Of a DNA stretch of 64,000 nt, positions 13,103 to 24,815 are shown one piece after another. The position numbers were made by a program, and so were the translations under genes. The notes below the pieces were generated by a model. It had not been told where the DNA came from, made no database searches, and saw nothing but the letters and a program-made list of their open reading frames with translations. Each line of letters starts with the position of its first letter. Position 1 is the first letter of the stretch. Source of the DNA: Selaginella moellendorffii (taxonomy: Eukaryota > Plantae > Lycopodiophyta); NCBI RefSeq assembly GCF_000143415.4, contig NW_003314355.1, positions 685,944 to 749,943 of the forward strand, given 5' to 3'.

Positions 13103-13845
13103 CGATTCCTCTTAGAACCCTAATTCGAGAGTGGCAATTTAAAACTTCCGCCTTTTTAAATCGCAACTTTAAAGATACCTTTCCTTTCTTGAACTACACT
13201 CTACTTCAAGCGATTTGTTTTGGTAAACGGGAGACAAACTCTATTTCAAAATTGATACATCTCAACCAGGGATGTCTGGATATTCAAGTCTTGTAGCGCT
13301 ATCAGCCGGATCCGGAAGAGTGTAAAAGGCCGTCTTCATCCAGGTGACATATCTTTTGGAGCGATCAATCTTAACTCTCGAGTGCCTGATAGTTCTGCCA
13401 GACAAGCAAAGTATCAGCCCTCCAAGGAAAAGAAGGGGAATCAAAACCGAAAACTCCAAGGAACCATAGCTTAAACCTGCTAGCTTGAACTTCACGAGTT
13501 CTGGATCGCCCTCTGAAACGCTGCTCCAGAGAGAATGCGAGTAGCTCCACTCGATATTTCATTGTTTCAGTTCTTGTGGATGAAGCCGCCAAATCAACAC
13601 CAGCAAGCTTCCACTCCAAATCACGCCTTTCCCATGAATCAAAGATTTGAATGTGAAGCTGAATCAAGCCCCTGAAGATTTCTACCCGCTCCCTTTCCAC
13701 TCTGTACACTCGAAGCCGCGAGAGAATATAGCTGGGCTTTCCTATGGAGAAGAAATCTCCAGAGAACTTTTAAAGTTGTGCAGAACGATATCTAAACTGT
13801 GTACTGTTAAGGAAAAGAGGCAAAACAAATATCAAGTAGGACGAC

Positions 13846-14983
13846 TTACGCCCCGACTACTTCAGCCTCTGCTGCCTCCGGTTCGGCTTCATCACCGACT
13901 GGTCGCTCAACCTTGACGCCAGTATCCTCGCTGTAGTCACCATGAACCTGGAGAAATGACAGTAAGCACACAAGTTCTTGCTGGAAAGATGGTTCTTCAT
14001 TACCTCCATCAGCTTCCCAAGATCGAACTTTGGGGCCTTCAGAATCTTCACCTTACGAATGTAAGTGTTCTGCAGGGGATAGATTCCCGCAGTCACTTTC
14101 TCGATCTCCTTCCCAATAACCTCGGGGATGAACTTGGCGACGAGGTCCTTGAGATCGCAGGACTGGGCCTCGCGAACCATGATCTCCCTCATTTTCTTGC
14201 GGATCTGTGCGAGAGTATGTTTGTAATGAACGGCCAACTCTTTCTTTTCAAGTATACCTGGCGGATCTGACTTGACTGAGCGTAGCAAGTCCTCTTCACC
14301 TGGTTGGGCCTCCGTTTGGTGAATCCAATGCAGAAGAGCCTCAAGGTGTAGTTGTCAGTCGTCTTCACATCAACGTGAGCTTCAATGAGGGACTGCCACT
14401 TCCGGACGAGGGACCGGAGCTTGTCGGTCGTGAAGTCCATTCCCTGCACGAGCATGAAAGTGGAACAATCAAATACTGAAGCTAGCACGAGAGAAAAGAA
14501 AATTCTCTTACCCAGAAGTTCGTGAGGACGTTCCGGCCTTGGACATCCTCGGCCCTGAGCTTGATCTTCCGGAAGGCGTGATCCTCGTCATTCTGCAAGT
14601 CCGCCAGCGACACTTCGAAGACACGCCCTTTGAGACCATCCGAGGCAATCTACAAGCACAGGAACACATCAAATTAAATCGAGATCAGTAGAAAAATCTC
14701 ACCTTTGTTCCCTGCGTTCTCGTCACAAGCGTCTTCCCGATCTGACGAACATTGAAAGTGGACATGGCCTTGACATCGTACCAATCCTTCTTCGAGAAAG
14801 GGTCGACACTAACGACAGAAGAAATCAAGCAATAAAATCGAAGCAAAACGCTGCGCGAAACACTTACATTTTCTTCTTGCCTCCCTTCTTTCCCTTGGAA
14901 ATCCGCTTGTTCTTCCTGCCAAAGAATCACACATTGAGCTAGAGCTACACGGCGAGAAGCGAGCGCACGTACCCGACGGCCAT
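13846..14983 (-). CDS. RPS3a: 40S ribosomal protein S3a, copy 2 (inverted duplicate)
   Basis: Same exon structure and near-identical exons to 8506-9636. Confidence 0.97.
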
Positions 14984-15167
14984 GGCGCAGCGCAGCCGCC
15001 TTGCTGCTCAAGAACCCTACCTTAAACCTAAACGATGAGCATAGATCTCAACCGTCTAAATGATGAGCCAAGCGGCACAATGTCATTGGTACACGTGATC
15101 CCTTCCCGGGTTTTTGGTTTTTCCTTCCTGAGGAGCCCTAGCTCCCTTGAAAATCCTTTGAATCGAG

Positions 15168-15749
15168 ATGAAGATCCGAAAGGCGAAGCAAGAACATGGC
15201 CCAATCTTCTCCGAGGATACACTGGCAGCGAAGATCATGAATGTCAATGTATTGAAACTGGATGGAACAGCCTTTGGTAAGTCGATTGGATTTTACTTGT
15301 CATGGATTCGCAACTCTTCACTAGAGATTTCGGTGCTGGACGGCGCGAGCGTGGCCGATCTCAAGGCATCGCTGGAATTCACCGCGAATGATCTCCAGAA
15401 GAAATCTTTGGGGCAGGGCTCTGGCAGCATCGATTGGTTCGTTCGTAACTTTAGAAATCCTTGTGTTTAAAATTCCTTTTGTCCTTCCAGGGATCAAGTA
15501 TGGGCGAATTTCTGCTTGTGCTACATGAATCAAAAGCTCCTGGACGATTCAGCGTCACTGCGATCCATTGGAATACAACGCGATGATCAGGCAAGATCGT
15601 CCCCCCCCCCCCCCTTTTTTGGATTCTCTCCTCTACACGATCGATCTAAATTGTTTGTTTCTGACGAGCAGATCACGTTTGTTTGCCACAAGAGCTGTCA
15701 AAACACTCGAAGGAAACGCTGGCTTGGGGGATGCTTCGCTCATCCATGA
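15168..15749 (+). CDS. U11/U12 snRNP 25-kDa-like ubiquitin-fold protein
   Basis: MNVNVLKLDGTAF|EISVLDGASVADLK...IDW|DQVWANFCLCYMNQKLLDD...IGIQRDDQ|ITFV; start uncertain. Confidence 0.8.
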
Positions 15750-15919
15750 TCTCTTGTCCTTTCTCAAGTTAACTCTCTCTCAATTGTAAATAGAACACTA
15801 ACAGAGAATGAAAGAAAACTTCCATCTCTCCAAATCAAGAACAAACAAACATTTGTTTTGTGCCAATTGGCAGGAAAAGTCTGAAAAACAACGACCACAT
15901 TTTCCTCTTTGCTTTGGCT

Positions 15920-16564
15920 ATGGCTGCGTCGAGCGTGAGAGGGGTCAATTTCGCTCTTCCTTCATCCAATTGCAAGCTCATGACGAAGAACGGGATTTCA
16001 AGCGCCAGTTTCAAGCGCAGCAAGAATCCCAGGAGGAGATGGATGGTTGTGAGGGCCGAGGGCGAGCAAATCCAGAACAAAGGCATGACTCGCGATGGCC
16101 CCGCGCAAGGAGGGAGATGGCTGAGTTGCACCACTCGTCACGTCCGCCTCTACGCCGCCGCCATCGATCCCGTGACCTTCGCCATGGATCAGACGCAAAT
16201 AGATAAGTTGACGCTCATCTTGGATCCCGACAGCGAGTTCCTCTGGCCGGACGATAAGGTGGAGAAAGTCTACGATCATCTCCGCGAGCTCGTCGACACG
16301 TATGAAGTAAAACCTCTCCACCGAGTCCTCCGTAGATGATAGTAGTAGGAAAGAAAAGTCTTGACATGGGAATTACAGGGAGCTCCTCTGGACGAGTACA
16401 CACTTCGCTTGGTAGGATCCGACATCGAGCACTTCATTCGTAAGTTGCTGCTGGCAGGAGAGATCCAGTACAATCTCGACTGCAGAGTGCTCAACTTCAG
16501 CATGGGAAAGCCTCGTCTCAACTTGTACTCCCCGGAGCAGGATCAGCAGCAGCAGGATTCGTGA
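15920..16564 (+). CDS. ndhM: Chloroplast NDH complex subunit M (nuclear-encoded), one intron at ~16307-16378
   Basis: Transit peptide plus [11 protein letters not shown]...[13 protein letters not shown]...[38 protein letters not shown]. Confidence 0.92.
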
Positions 16565-16598
16565 GAAACTCGTAGGGTAGGAGCAATCGTAGCGCTGG

Positions 16599-18685
16599 TC
16601 ATATGAAGATCCAGTAGAGCTGGAGAGGCATCATGAAAGAAGCCGAGAGTGCGAATCCAAACCAGCTGATGTTCAAGCCATCGATGAGCTTGACGCAGCG
16701 TCCCGTCACCAGCACGTTGAAAGCGTTGTGGATGAAAGTGCAAGTGAGGATGTCGTTGACGTTGGGGATGAGGCTGTAGACGGTAGCGCCGGCGGACATG
16801 GCAGTGGCCATGTTTTGATAGTTGCTGTTGAGAATGGGAGTGTTTGATGCTGTGCAACTGGCCTGAACGTCGTCGACGCATCTGTAGGGGCCGAAGTCCT
16901 GGAGGAATGGAAAAGTTTACATCAGGATCTTAGAGCTTGAGCCAAGTTAGAACTTACAGTCTGGAAGTCTGCCATGGGGGTGGTGCCTAGAGCACAAGCA
17001 ACGTCGGCGTAGCCAGGACCAGCTCCATAGGGGTCACAGATCTGTGGCAAGCTCGAGCCGGTGTTGGAGTTAATGGTAGTAATTGCCGTGTTGGTCTGAG
17101 CGATGATGTCCTTGAGTGCTGATTTTGCACTTCCCGTGGTGGAACTGGCGGAGGCCTGTGACTGGCACGGGAAGATGGTGGCCAGTGTTGTGGTGGTCGG
17201 ATCAGCGTTATACTCCCGCATGGCCTCGCATGCATCGTTTGTAACACTGCGAAAAGTCACAAGAGGGGGAAGCTTAAATTCCACCTCTACCTTTTTTAAA
17301 GTTTTCACGTACCGGGAGAGAACGAAGTCTAGTCCTGCCAGTAACCACGCTGCAAAGAGCATAACCGCCATTCCCATGAAAGCTCTGTTGGCACGGCGTT
17401 TAGTAAAAATCCGAAGAAAAGGTTTAGATGTTAAAGCTCACTCACATATTCCCGTATGCAGACGACTGTGCACAAACAGCGACTGTGAAGAAAAGGTAAC
17501 TGTGAGATTGGCGAGAACCAAACAACTTGTAGAAGCTAAGAGTTACCTAGACCGATCACCGCAAACAAACATATGAAGGCTCCAATGATGTTGAGGAAAA
17601 TAAAGCTGCAAGGTGATCAAACAGGTCGTGAGGAAAATGCGAAGGAAGACGAGTGCGCGTCACTCACACTAGCTTGAGATAGAAGGGGATTTTCTTTTTG
17701 ATCTTGGACACCTTGACCCCGATTCCACCACTCCCACCGTCGACGTTGTTAGCAGCTGATAGAATGTTGGCTGAGGCCGTAGGATCGGATATCACGCCCG
17801 CTGCACTCTTGAGAGACGAGACAATCTCATCCGCCGTGTCCAAAACAAAGTCTGTCGCATTGATCACTACATCCGTGGTCTGTTTCAGCTGTTTTCCAGT
17901 CTTCGAAGTCCCCCAGAAAAGCACTGCTGTGCCTGCTCTGCGCACAGCTTTAGAATAATGAGATGGAGTGCTCGGATGAAGAAGAACAAGTGAAAAAAAT
18001 TGAGAGTACTTACATGGTACACACCAGCAAGAGTAGAAGGGAGGTCATTCTCGAGCACCTTTTCAAAAGGCTTCCCCCTTCATCCTTGGTTGGAAGCTTG
18101 TAGCCGCAGAGGTAGCAGCAGAATTTGCAAGCGCAAACCATGCACGCACACATGAAGGTGAGGACTGCCAGGACGTAGCCCCAAATTCCAATGAAGGCCA
18201 CAGACTGTGGAGGACAAAAGCAGGAGTTTAGAACACACCGAAGAGGAGAGGAGAGAAACCAAAGTTTTCATCGCCAATCACCACTTACGTGGGTGTTTTA
18301 GTGTGCAGGGAAAGCGATGAGGGAGCATACAGCCCAGTAGTGCTTGTTGATGACATCGAACTCTCCATTGTACTTTTTGAACTTTTGAAGGGCATCAAGG
18401 CGTGGAAACTTGAGCACAGCAATGTTGAGCGCCTTGGTGGCTTTGGACGCGACCTGGTTTGCATTGCTCCGGAAGAAAGCCGGCACCTAGAAGATGGAGA
18501 GAACCGCAAAAAGAGGAGGATTATCATCCGGCATTTCCTCTCGAAAAACTCACATTGACATCGGAGACATTGAAGATGCCTGGCGATGGCGCCCTCCTGC
18601 CGTAGCCAGCTGCTCCAGGCGCCAGCAGCAGCAACGCAAACCCTAATCCCAGACCTAATCCAAAAGCCCAGCCTCTCCTCCGCAT
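16599..18685 (-). CDS. Conserved plant multi-pass membrane protein with signal peptide, many short introns
   Basis: RLDALQKFKKYNGEFDVINKHYWA|SVAFIGIWG, DACEAM..Y, LPQICDPY and ILTCTFI motifs of an uncharacterised plant TM family. Confidence 0.75.
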
Positions 18686-18879
18686 CACGAAAGTCTGAAA
18701 ACCCTTTGGCGCGCGCGCGCGAGGATAAGAGATGCTGGGGTATATTTGAAGAATCATTTTTTGAATATGCTGGATTTGAAACTCTGTTTTGATAATTGAG
18801 CATAAAAGGAGATGTATAAAAGTCGTCCAAATAAGCATGAGATATTCACTTGGTTATTCCATGTGATTTTTCATACTCA

Positions 18880-19150
18880 ACTTTGTGTATGAATGCAGAG
18901 GTGGTAGAGAGCATGCAAAAAAATTTCAAATCGATTGATCAAAAGCCACTATCATAGAGTTAACTGAACAAAAGGACTACGCACTTTTTGGGCACATAAA
19001 CCAGGTGGACAGTCTTACAGTTCATGATTTTGCAGAAGCCCTCCAGGATCTCTGGGACGATTGCATTAACAATGGTATTCTGCATGCAAGTCGCGATTTT
19101 GATTGTAAGAAGTGTGTTGGTGCTAATTGACAATACCCATGACAAAAAAG
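18880..19150 (+). pseudogene. Degenerate paralogue of the small CCLL-tail gene family
   Basis: Reads LFGHINQVDSLTVHDFAEALQDLWDDCINNG, matching HRLTVDDFAEALQELWDRCISQG. Confidence 0.7.
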
Positions 19151-19876
19151 TAAATCGTTTGTTTTAAATTAATATCATTTCAATGCTATAAAGTGGATGC
19201 ATGTCCATTCCTTGGGGTGAGCAATGAGATAGAGACAAAGATGGACAAGGTTCTGGTCACGAGATTTGACTTGAAATTGTTTGGTTTTAAGGCTAGAGAC
19301 GACAGGATTCTAGTGCAGGTCGTCCTTTCTGCTAGAAGCTGTGTTTGCCTGCTGTTGTGATCTTGTGGCGAGGAACAGGTCCTGCAAGAGTAATTTCAAC
19401 AAGCTCAAAAGAATTAAGCAGTGCTTATAGAGGGCTAGCTCTTGAGTTCTTGTTTGTTTTTATCTCTCTAGACTCCAACCTGTTAGAAGGAGAGTTTTGT
19501 TCTTGCCTGATGCAGATGAAACCGGGGATTTCCAAGCCAAAGCTATAACACCTAGCTCCAAAACCAGCCTTTCTAATATGAAAGCTAGTATATTAAGAAC
19601 TTATGGACTGAGGGAAACTTCGATCGTTCATGCTGCTGCTGCTGAGCCCGAGATTGTTTCTTTCTTGATTCCCTTTGAAGATGAAGAAAGTGGAACCTTC
19701 TGTTTATCTTAAGCAAACGAAGTGTTTTGGCAAACACACAGAAAATTATTCCTTATTTGTAGTATTAATATTATTACATATTTTAAACAACTAGAAGCAT
19801 AAGATTAACATTCTTCCTTCGGAGGCTTAAATAATCCATACACTCAAGGTAGAAGAATATATTGATAAGATGTCTT

Positions 19877-20320
19877 TTAGAGTAAACAGCAATACCCCTC
19901 GTCATTGTCAACTCTTTTGTTTTGCTTTTGCTTAGTGCGTGACAACAATTCATTTCTTAAGATTTGGACCTCAACAACCATGGAACTGTCCGAGAGGGTC
20001 AGCTTAGCACCTGTGAATCCCTGGCTGATGCATTGATCCCAAAGATCTTGGAGGCCTTCTGCAAAATCAGCAACTGTAAGCTGATGCACCCGGTTGAAGT
20101 GAGCAAAAACTCCAATAGAGTTCTCTATGGCAAAATAGAGCCCTGGAGTAAAATTCCTTAAGATAAAATTTCTCCATGCACCTGCAGCACTTTCGCAATA
20201 GTCTTCTTGTTGGGTTCTCTGACTTCTACGCCCCACACATTCATGATATGCCACAACTGAGTAATTCAAGGATCTAATGACAGAATTTAATAGTAGAATC
20301 CACATTAGCAAATATCTCAT
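19877..20320 (-). CDS. Small unknown protein (147 aa), hydrophobic N-terminus, ends GYCCLL
   Basis: Intronless ORF with two intact paralogues in the window. Confidence 0.85.
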   Translation of the reverse strand: MRYLLMWILLLNSVIRSLNYSVVAYHECVGRRSQRTQQEDYCESAAGAWRNFILRNFTPGLYFAIENSIGVFAHFNRVHQLTVADFAEGLQDLWDQCISQGFTGAKLTLSDSSMVVEVQILRNELLSRTKQKQNKRVDNDEGYCCLL

Positions 20321-20940
20321 TGTCGCTTATGATATATATGAACAAAATGTTTTTTTATAAGATACAATTCAAATAGAATTATCTTCACTATAATCTTGAC
20401 TAGTTTTAAATTATTTTGTTACAATTGTTTTATTCGTTATCCTAAAATATCTATTAATTATTAATATATAAGTTTTAATCTAGAAATAATTTTAAATATT
20501 CTTTTAGATAAATTTCTATAACTTAAACTAAAGTAGCTGTTCTTTTTTAACAGAAAAATCCTGTTTAAGAAATTATAGAAATTATAAACATATTGATTTT
20601 TATAAAAAATATTCTCATTAGATCAGAGATTATACTAAAATATCCAAGTATATACTAGGTGCCTATAGGTTTAACCAAAAATAGAGTTGGAAATAGTTTG
20701 CACTGCCAAACATTCTTTTAATTGATTCTAGTATAATATTAATCATTATTCTGAAAATGTTATAAATATAAACATGCTGTATAAAGACGTTTAAAAAAAA
20801 AATAGAAATAGGATGAATAAATAAAGTTTTATAAATAATTAAGTCAAACTTAGTCAATCATGATTGTAGGAATAATTGGATATCCTATTTAGCTGTATAT
20901 AAATACTCACTTTTCTTTGTTCATGTATTTCCAACAGACA

Positions 20941-21378
20941 ATGAGATATTTGCTAATGTCGATTCTGCTATTAAATTATGTCATAAGATCCTTAAATTAC
21001 TCAGTTTTGGCATATCAAGAATGTCTGGGGCATAGGCGCCAGAGAACCCACCAGGAAGACTATTGCGAAAGCGCTGCAAATGCATGGAGAAATTTTGTCC
21101 AGATGAGATTTACACCGGGGCTCTATATTGGCATAAATCGCGGTATTGGAATCTTCGCTCACATCAACCGGGTGCACGAGCTCACAGTTGAAGATTTTGC
21201 GGAAGGCCTCGAAGATCTTTGGGATCACTGCATCCAACAGGGATTCACAGGCGCAAAGTTGACCCTCTCAGACGGCTCCATGGTTGTCGAGGTGCAAATC
21301 GCAACAGAGGACCTTCTTTCACACACTGAGCACGACAAAGGAGTTGACAATGACGAGGGGTATTGCTGCTTACTCTAA
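20941..21378 (+). CDS. Small unknown protein, paralogue 2 (GYCCLL)
   Basis: Head-to-head inverted paralogue of 19877-20320. Confidence 0.85.
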   Translation: MRYLLMSILLLNYVIRSLNYSVLAYQECLGHRRQRTHQEDYCESAANAWRNFVQMRFTPGLYIGINRGIGIFAHINRVHELTVEDFAEGLEDLWDHCIQQGFTGAKLTLSDGSMVVEVQIATEDLLSHTEHDKGVDNDEGYCCLL

Positions 21379-22167
21379 GCCACACCCATTATCCGCATAT
21401 TCTCCTACCTTGAGTAGAGTACACATGTATCTTTTAGAGCCTTGGGAAGGAAGAATGTTACTAAGAATAAGAGAAATTGTTATCATATGGTTTGGAAATT
21501 GGAGCCCACCCAATGTTGTTGGAGTGACTTGCAAACATCAGTCAAATGAATCCATTGGCGCCACCTTTCCAAGTCATGAAAGAAAATTTGGGCCCTTTTT
21601 AAAAAACAAAAATCGTCCCAATCCTGACCGTACACCACTGGCCCAACGGCAACCACTTGGGAGGAGAGTTTCTCTTTCATTTAAAAACAAACGCCAAAGC
21701 TCTTTCTTTTACCCATCGCCCCCCCCATTTCTTTCCACTGTCTTTCCCCTCTCTTTCCACGCTTCCAAGACGAGGTATAGTAGAAGAACAACGCACACAC
21801 TCACATAAAGAGTTAAGTTTTTGTCCTCCATTTCGTCCGCTTTGCCCTTCTTCCTCTCTAGGCGCCGGCCGAGGCGCAGATCCACGCGCTTGGTTTGGAA
21901 GATTGGAAGATTTCTCTCCTTGCTCTCCGGCGTCGGTTGCAAGCAATCCAGCTCCAGTGACAGATCTAGGTCACGGCATTGGGGAATTTCTCGGAGCAAT
22001 GCAATGCAGTAGCTCCCGCGAGGAGGAGGAGCGGCAGTGGGGTAGGTTTTGGTTTCTAGGGGAATAAATGCGGGAGGAAAGAAGAGGCGCTTGGCTGGTT
22101 CTTGCTTAGCAGAGCGAGGGAGAAGAAAGAAAAAAAAATCTCGAAGGAAAGGGGCAAGAGGAGAATC

Positions 22168-23139
22168 ATGAGCACTTCAAGATTTATCAAGTGCGTTACC
22201 GTCGGAGATGGTGCGGTGGGCAAGACTTGCATGCTCATTTCATACACGAGCAACACTTTCCCCACTGTGAGATTTCGTTTTGTTCTTTCCTTTTTCTCTA
22301 ACTCTCTTGGGCTGGGATCGTTCATCAACAGGATTACGTTCCCACTGTTTTTGATAACTTCAGCGCCAATGTGGTTGTCGATGGCAACACTGTCAACCTT
22401 GGGCTCTGGGACACTGCTGGTTCGTCAAAAAAAAATCTGTGTTTGAGGATGAATCAATCTCTCATCTCTGGCTGCTTCGTCACGCAGGTCAAGAAGATTA
22501 CAACCGCTTGAGGCCCCTCAGCTATAGAGGAGCCGATGTTTTCCTCTTGGCCTTTTCCCTTATCAGCAGGGCGAGCTATGAAAACATCTCGAAGAAGGTT
22601 GCAATGTTTTGCTTTTCGCCTCACATTTTCTAAATTTGTTTCTTCGTCTTGTAGTGGATTCCGGAGCTGAGACATTATGCTTCTACCGTGCCTGTCATCC
22701 TTGTGGGTACAAAGCTGGGTAAGATTAACGTCATCCTTTCTCCGTTGTAATTGCTGCTAACGGAAGCGTTGTTGCTTTGCTCTCAGATCTCAGGGATGAC
22801 AAGCACTTCTTTAACGATCATCCGGGTGCTACAGCTATTACCACTGCACAGGTCATAACACCTTTGCTTGTCTCGACTCTTTACTGAATTTATAAGCCAC
22901 GTGATGCTGCAGGGCGAAGAGCTGAGGAAGCAAATCGGGGCGGCTGCCTACATCGAGTGTAGCTCAAAGACGCAGCAGGTTTGGCTCGGCCCTGGTTTGA
23001 GGCACAACTTTCTAAAACACCCTTCGTTTTGGTGCCCCAGAATGTGAAAGCTGTGTTCGACGCGGCAATCAAGGTGGTGTTGCAACCTCCAAAGCAGAAG
23101 AAACGAAAGAAGAAGCAACGGGGATGTACAGTGCTGTGA
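22168..23139 (+). CDS. ROP: Rho-of-plants small GTPase
   Basis: [21 protein letters not shown]...[19 protein letters not shown]...polybasic tail and CaaX CTVL; seven exons. Confidence 0.97.
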
Positions 23140-23790
23140 CGCCGGGACACAAAACAGAAGCGAAGGGGGTGCAATAATCCTTAAGGCGACAAACAACTAT
23201 CTATGAAACTGGTACTATCCACCAGATACCATTAACTAACTGTGGTCTTCAATTCTTTTGAGGAGGAGAGAGCAGAGACAAAAACAAAGCATGGTCAGTA
23301 AGAGTTTGTACCTACTGGAAGAGATCTACGGAAATTCAAGTTTGATGGTTTTTCGTGTGTAAGTTTTTCTTCTTTTCTATCACTCTTTGAGGCGGACAGG
23401 TATGCCGACAAATCTTTTTTGCGGCAGCAGTGTGCTCACGGGGGGGCTGTGTGATGCGTGAAAGCTCCTCTGCCTCGAGCACTGGGCGCTCCCTCGCCCC
23501 CCTGACACACAAAACTGAATTTTATTTTATTTTTTATGTTCTCCGCTCTTCTAAGGTGTAGTGTTGTTTTGAGACAACTCAGGAAACCGTGAAAGATATG
23601 AGTAGCTTACGATATAAAGACTTGCTGAGCTTTCCTTTCTGTTGCAATCAAGCTAAGATGGAGGTTCCAAAACTATAGTTTCAGACGAATATGCTTGCCT
23701 AAATTTTGGAATTTTGGAAAGAAATTATTGTGCCTTGACTTTTCCTTCTGATAATTGAGGACACAGTCAAATAAATAGATTATTTCTCAC

Positions 23791-24249
23791 ATGTTTGCAA
23801 CCAAAATGTATATGTTACTGTCACTCCTGGTCTTTAATCTCGCCATTGAATCCATTGCTTATTCAAATTTGTCATATCGTCGATGTGTAGGTTATAGGCA
23901 CCAGAGAACTCACCAGGAAGACTATTGTGCGGGAGCTGCAACTGCCTGGAGGAGTTTCATTGCGAATAATTTTAGGCCAGATCTCTATGTTGGTATACAT
24001 GGAAACTTTGGAGTCTTTCTTCACATTCGCCATGTACATAGGCTTACAGTAGATGATTTTGCAGAAGCACTTCAAGAGCTTTGGGACAGATGCATCAGCC
24101 AAGGTTTCACGGGTGCAAAGCTGACAATTTTAGATGGTTCCATGTATGTCGATATTGAGATCTCAAGAGATGAGTTGCTCTCACAAACTAAGCAAGAGAA
24201 AGCAGATCAGCATGTCAATAACGATGAGGGGTTTTGTTGCTTACTTTGA
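23791..24249 (+). CDS. Small unknown protein, paralogue 3 (GFCCLL)
   Basis: Same conserved blocks: QRTHQEDYC, LWDRCISQGFTGAKLT. Confidence 0.85.
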   Translation: MFATKMYMLLSLLVFNLAIESIAYSNLSYRRCVGYRHQRTHQEDYCAGAATAWRSFIANNFRPDLYVGIHGNFGVFLHIRHVHRLTVDDFAEALQELWDRCISQGFTGAKLTILDGSMYVDIEISRDELLSQTKQEKADQHVNNDEGFCCLL

Positions 24250-24399
24250 AAGGTGTTTGTCTTACAAATGAAGAAATCTAACAAAACTTTAAAATTTTCA
24301 GTGAATATGTATATCATTCATGTATTTTAGATGTAAGTAACATATTACATTTTTTAAAATAAAAAATACAATTCAAAGTAATGTATAATGACACTATTT

Positions 24400-24411
24400 T
24401 TGTGTGTGTGT

Positions 24412-24465
<54 letters not shown>
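24400..24465. repeat. (TG)n(TA)n microsatellite at the gene-island/TE-block boundary
   Basis: Direct reading. Confidence 0.95.
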
Positions 24466-24470
<5 letters not shown>

Positions 24471-24815
24471 TCATTACTCTCAAATATAGAATCCACTGGC
24501 TAAGGATTTCATTCTAGTTTAGTATTCTAGGAAAGGAAATTTTGCTCTTTCCTTTTCATTCATCTTTATGGTAGAGTAGCAATTTCCTCCTTTAACTTTA
24601 GAGCAGTAGTTAGTGTAATTGCTTGATGCTATGTGATTTTGCAATTGAACAATTTAGTGCATGTGATTATGGGATGAGATTTAGATATATTGCCACTATG
24701 GATCCTTAGAATTTTAGGGGATAAATAGGGATAAAATAGCCACTAAGGTTCTCTCATTAAGCAATTGCCCCTTTTTTAGTTGGCTTAAGGAGAGAGAGAT
24801 AGGGTATGTTACATA

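Noticed and set aside
13262-13709. Small hydrophobic ORF between GEX1 and RPS3a
   Set aside because: No clear ATG-initiated model or homology recognised.
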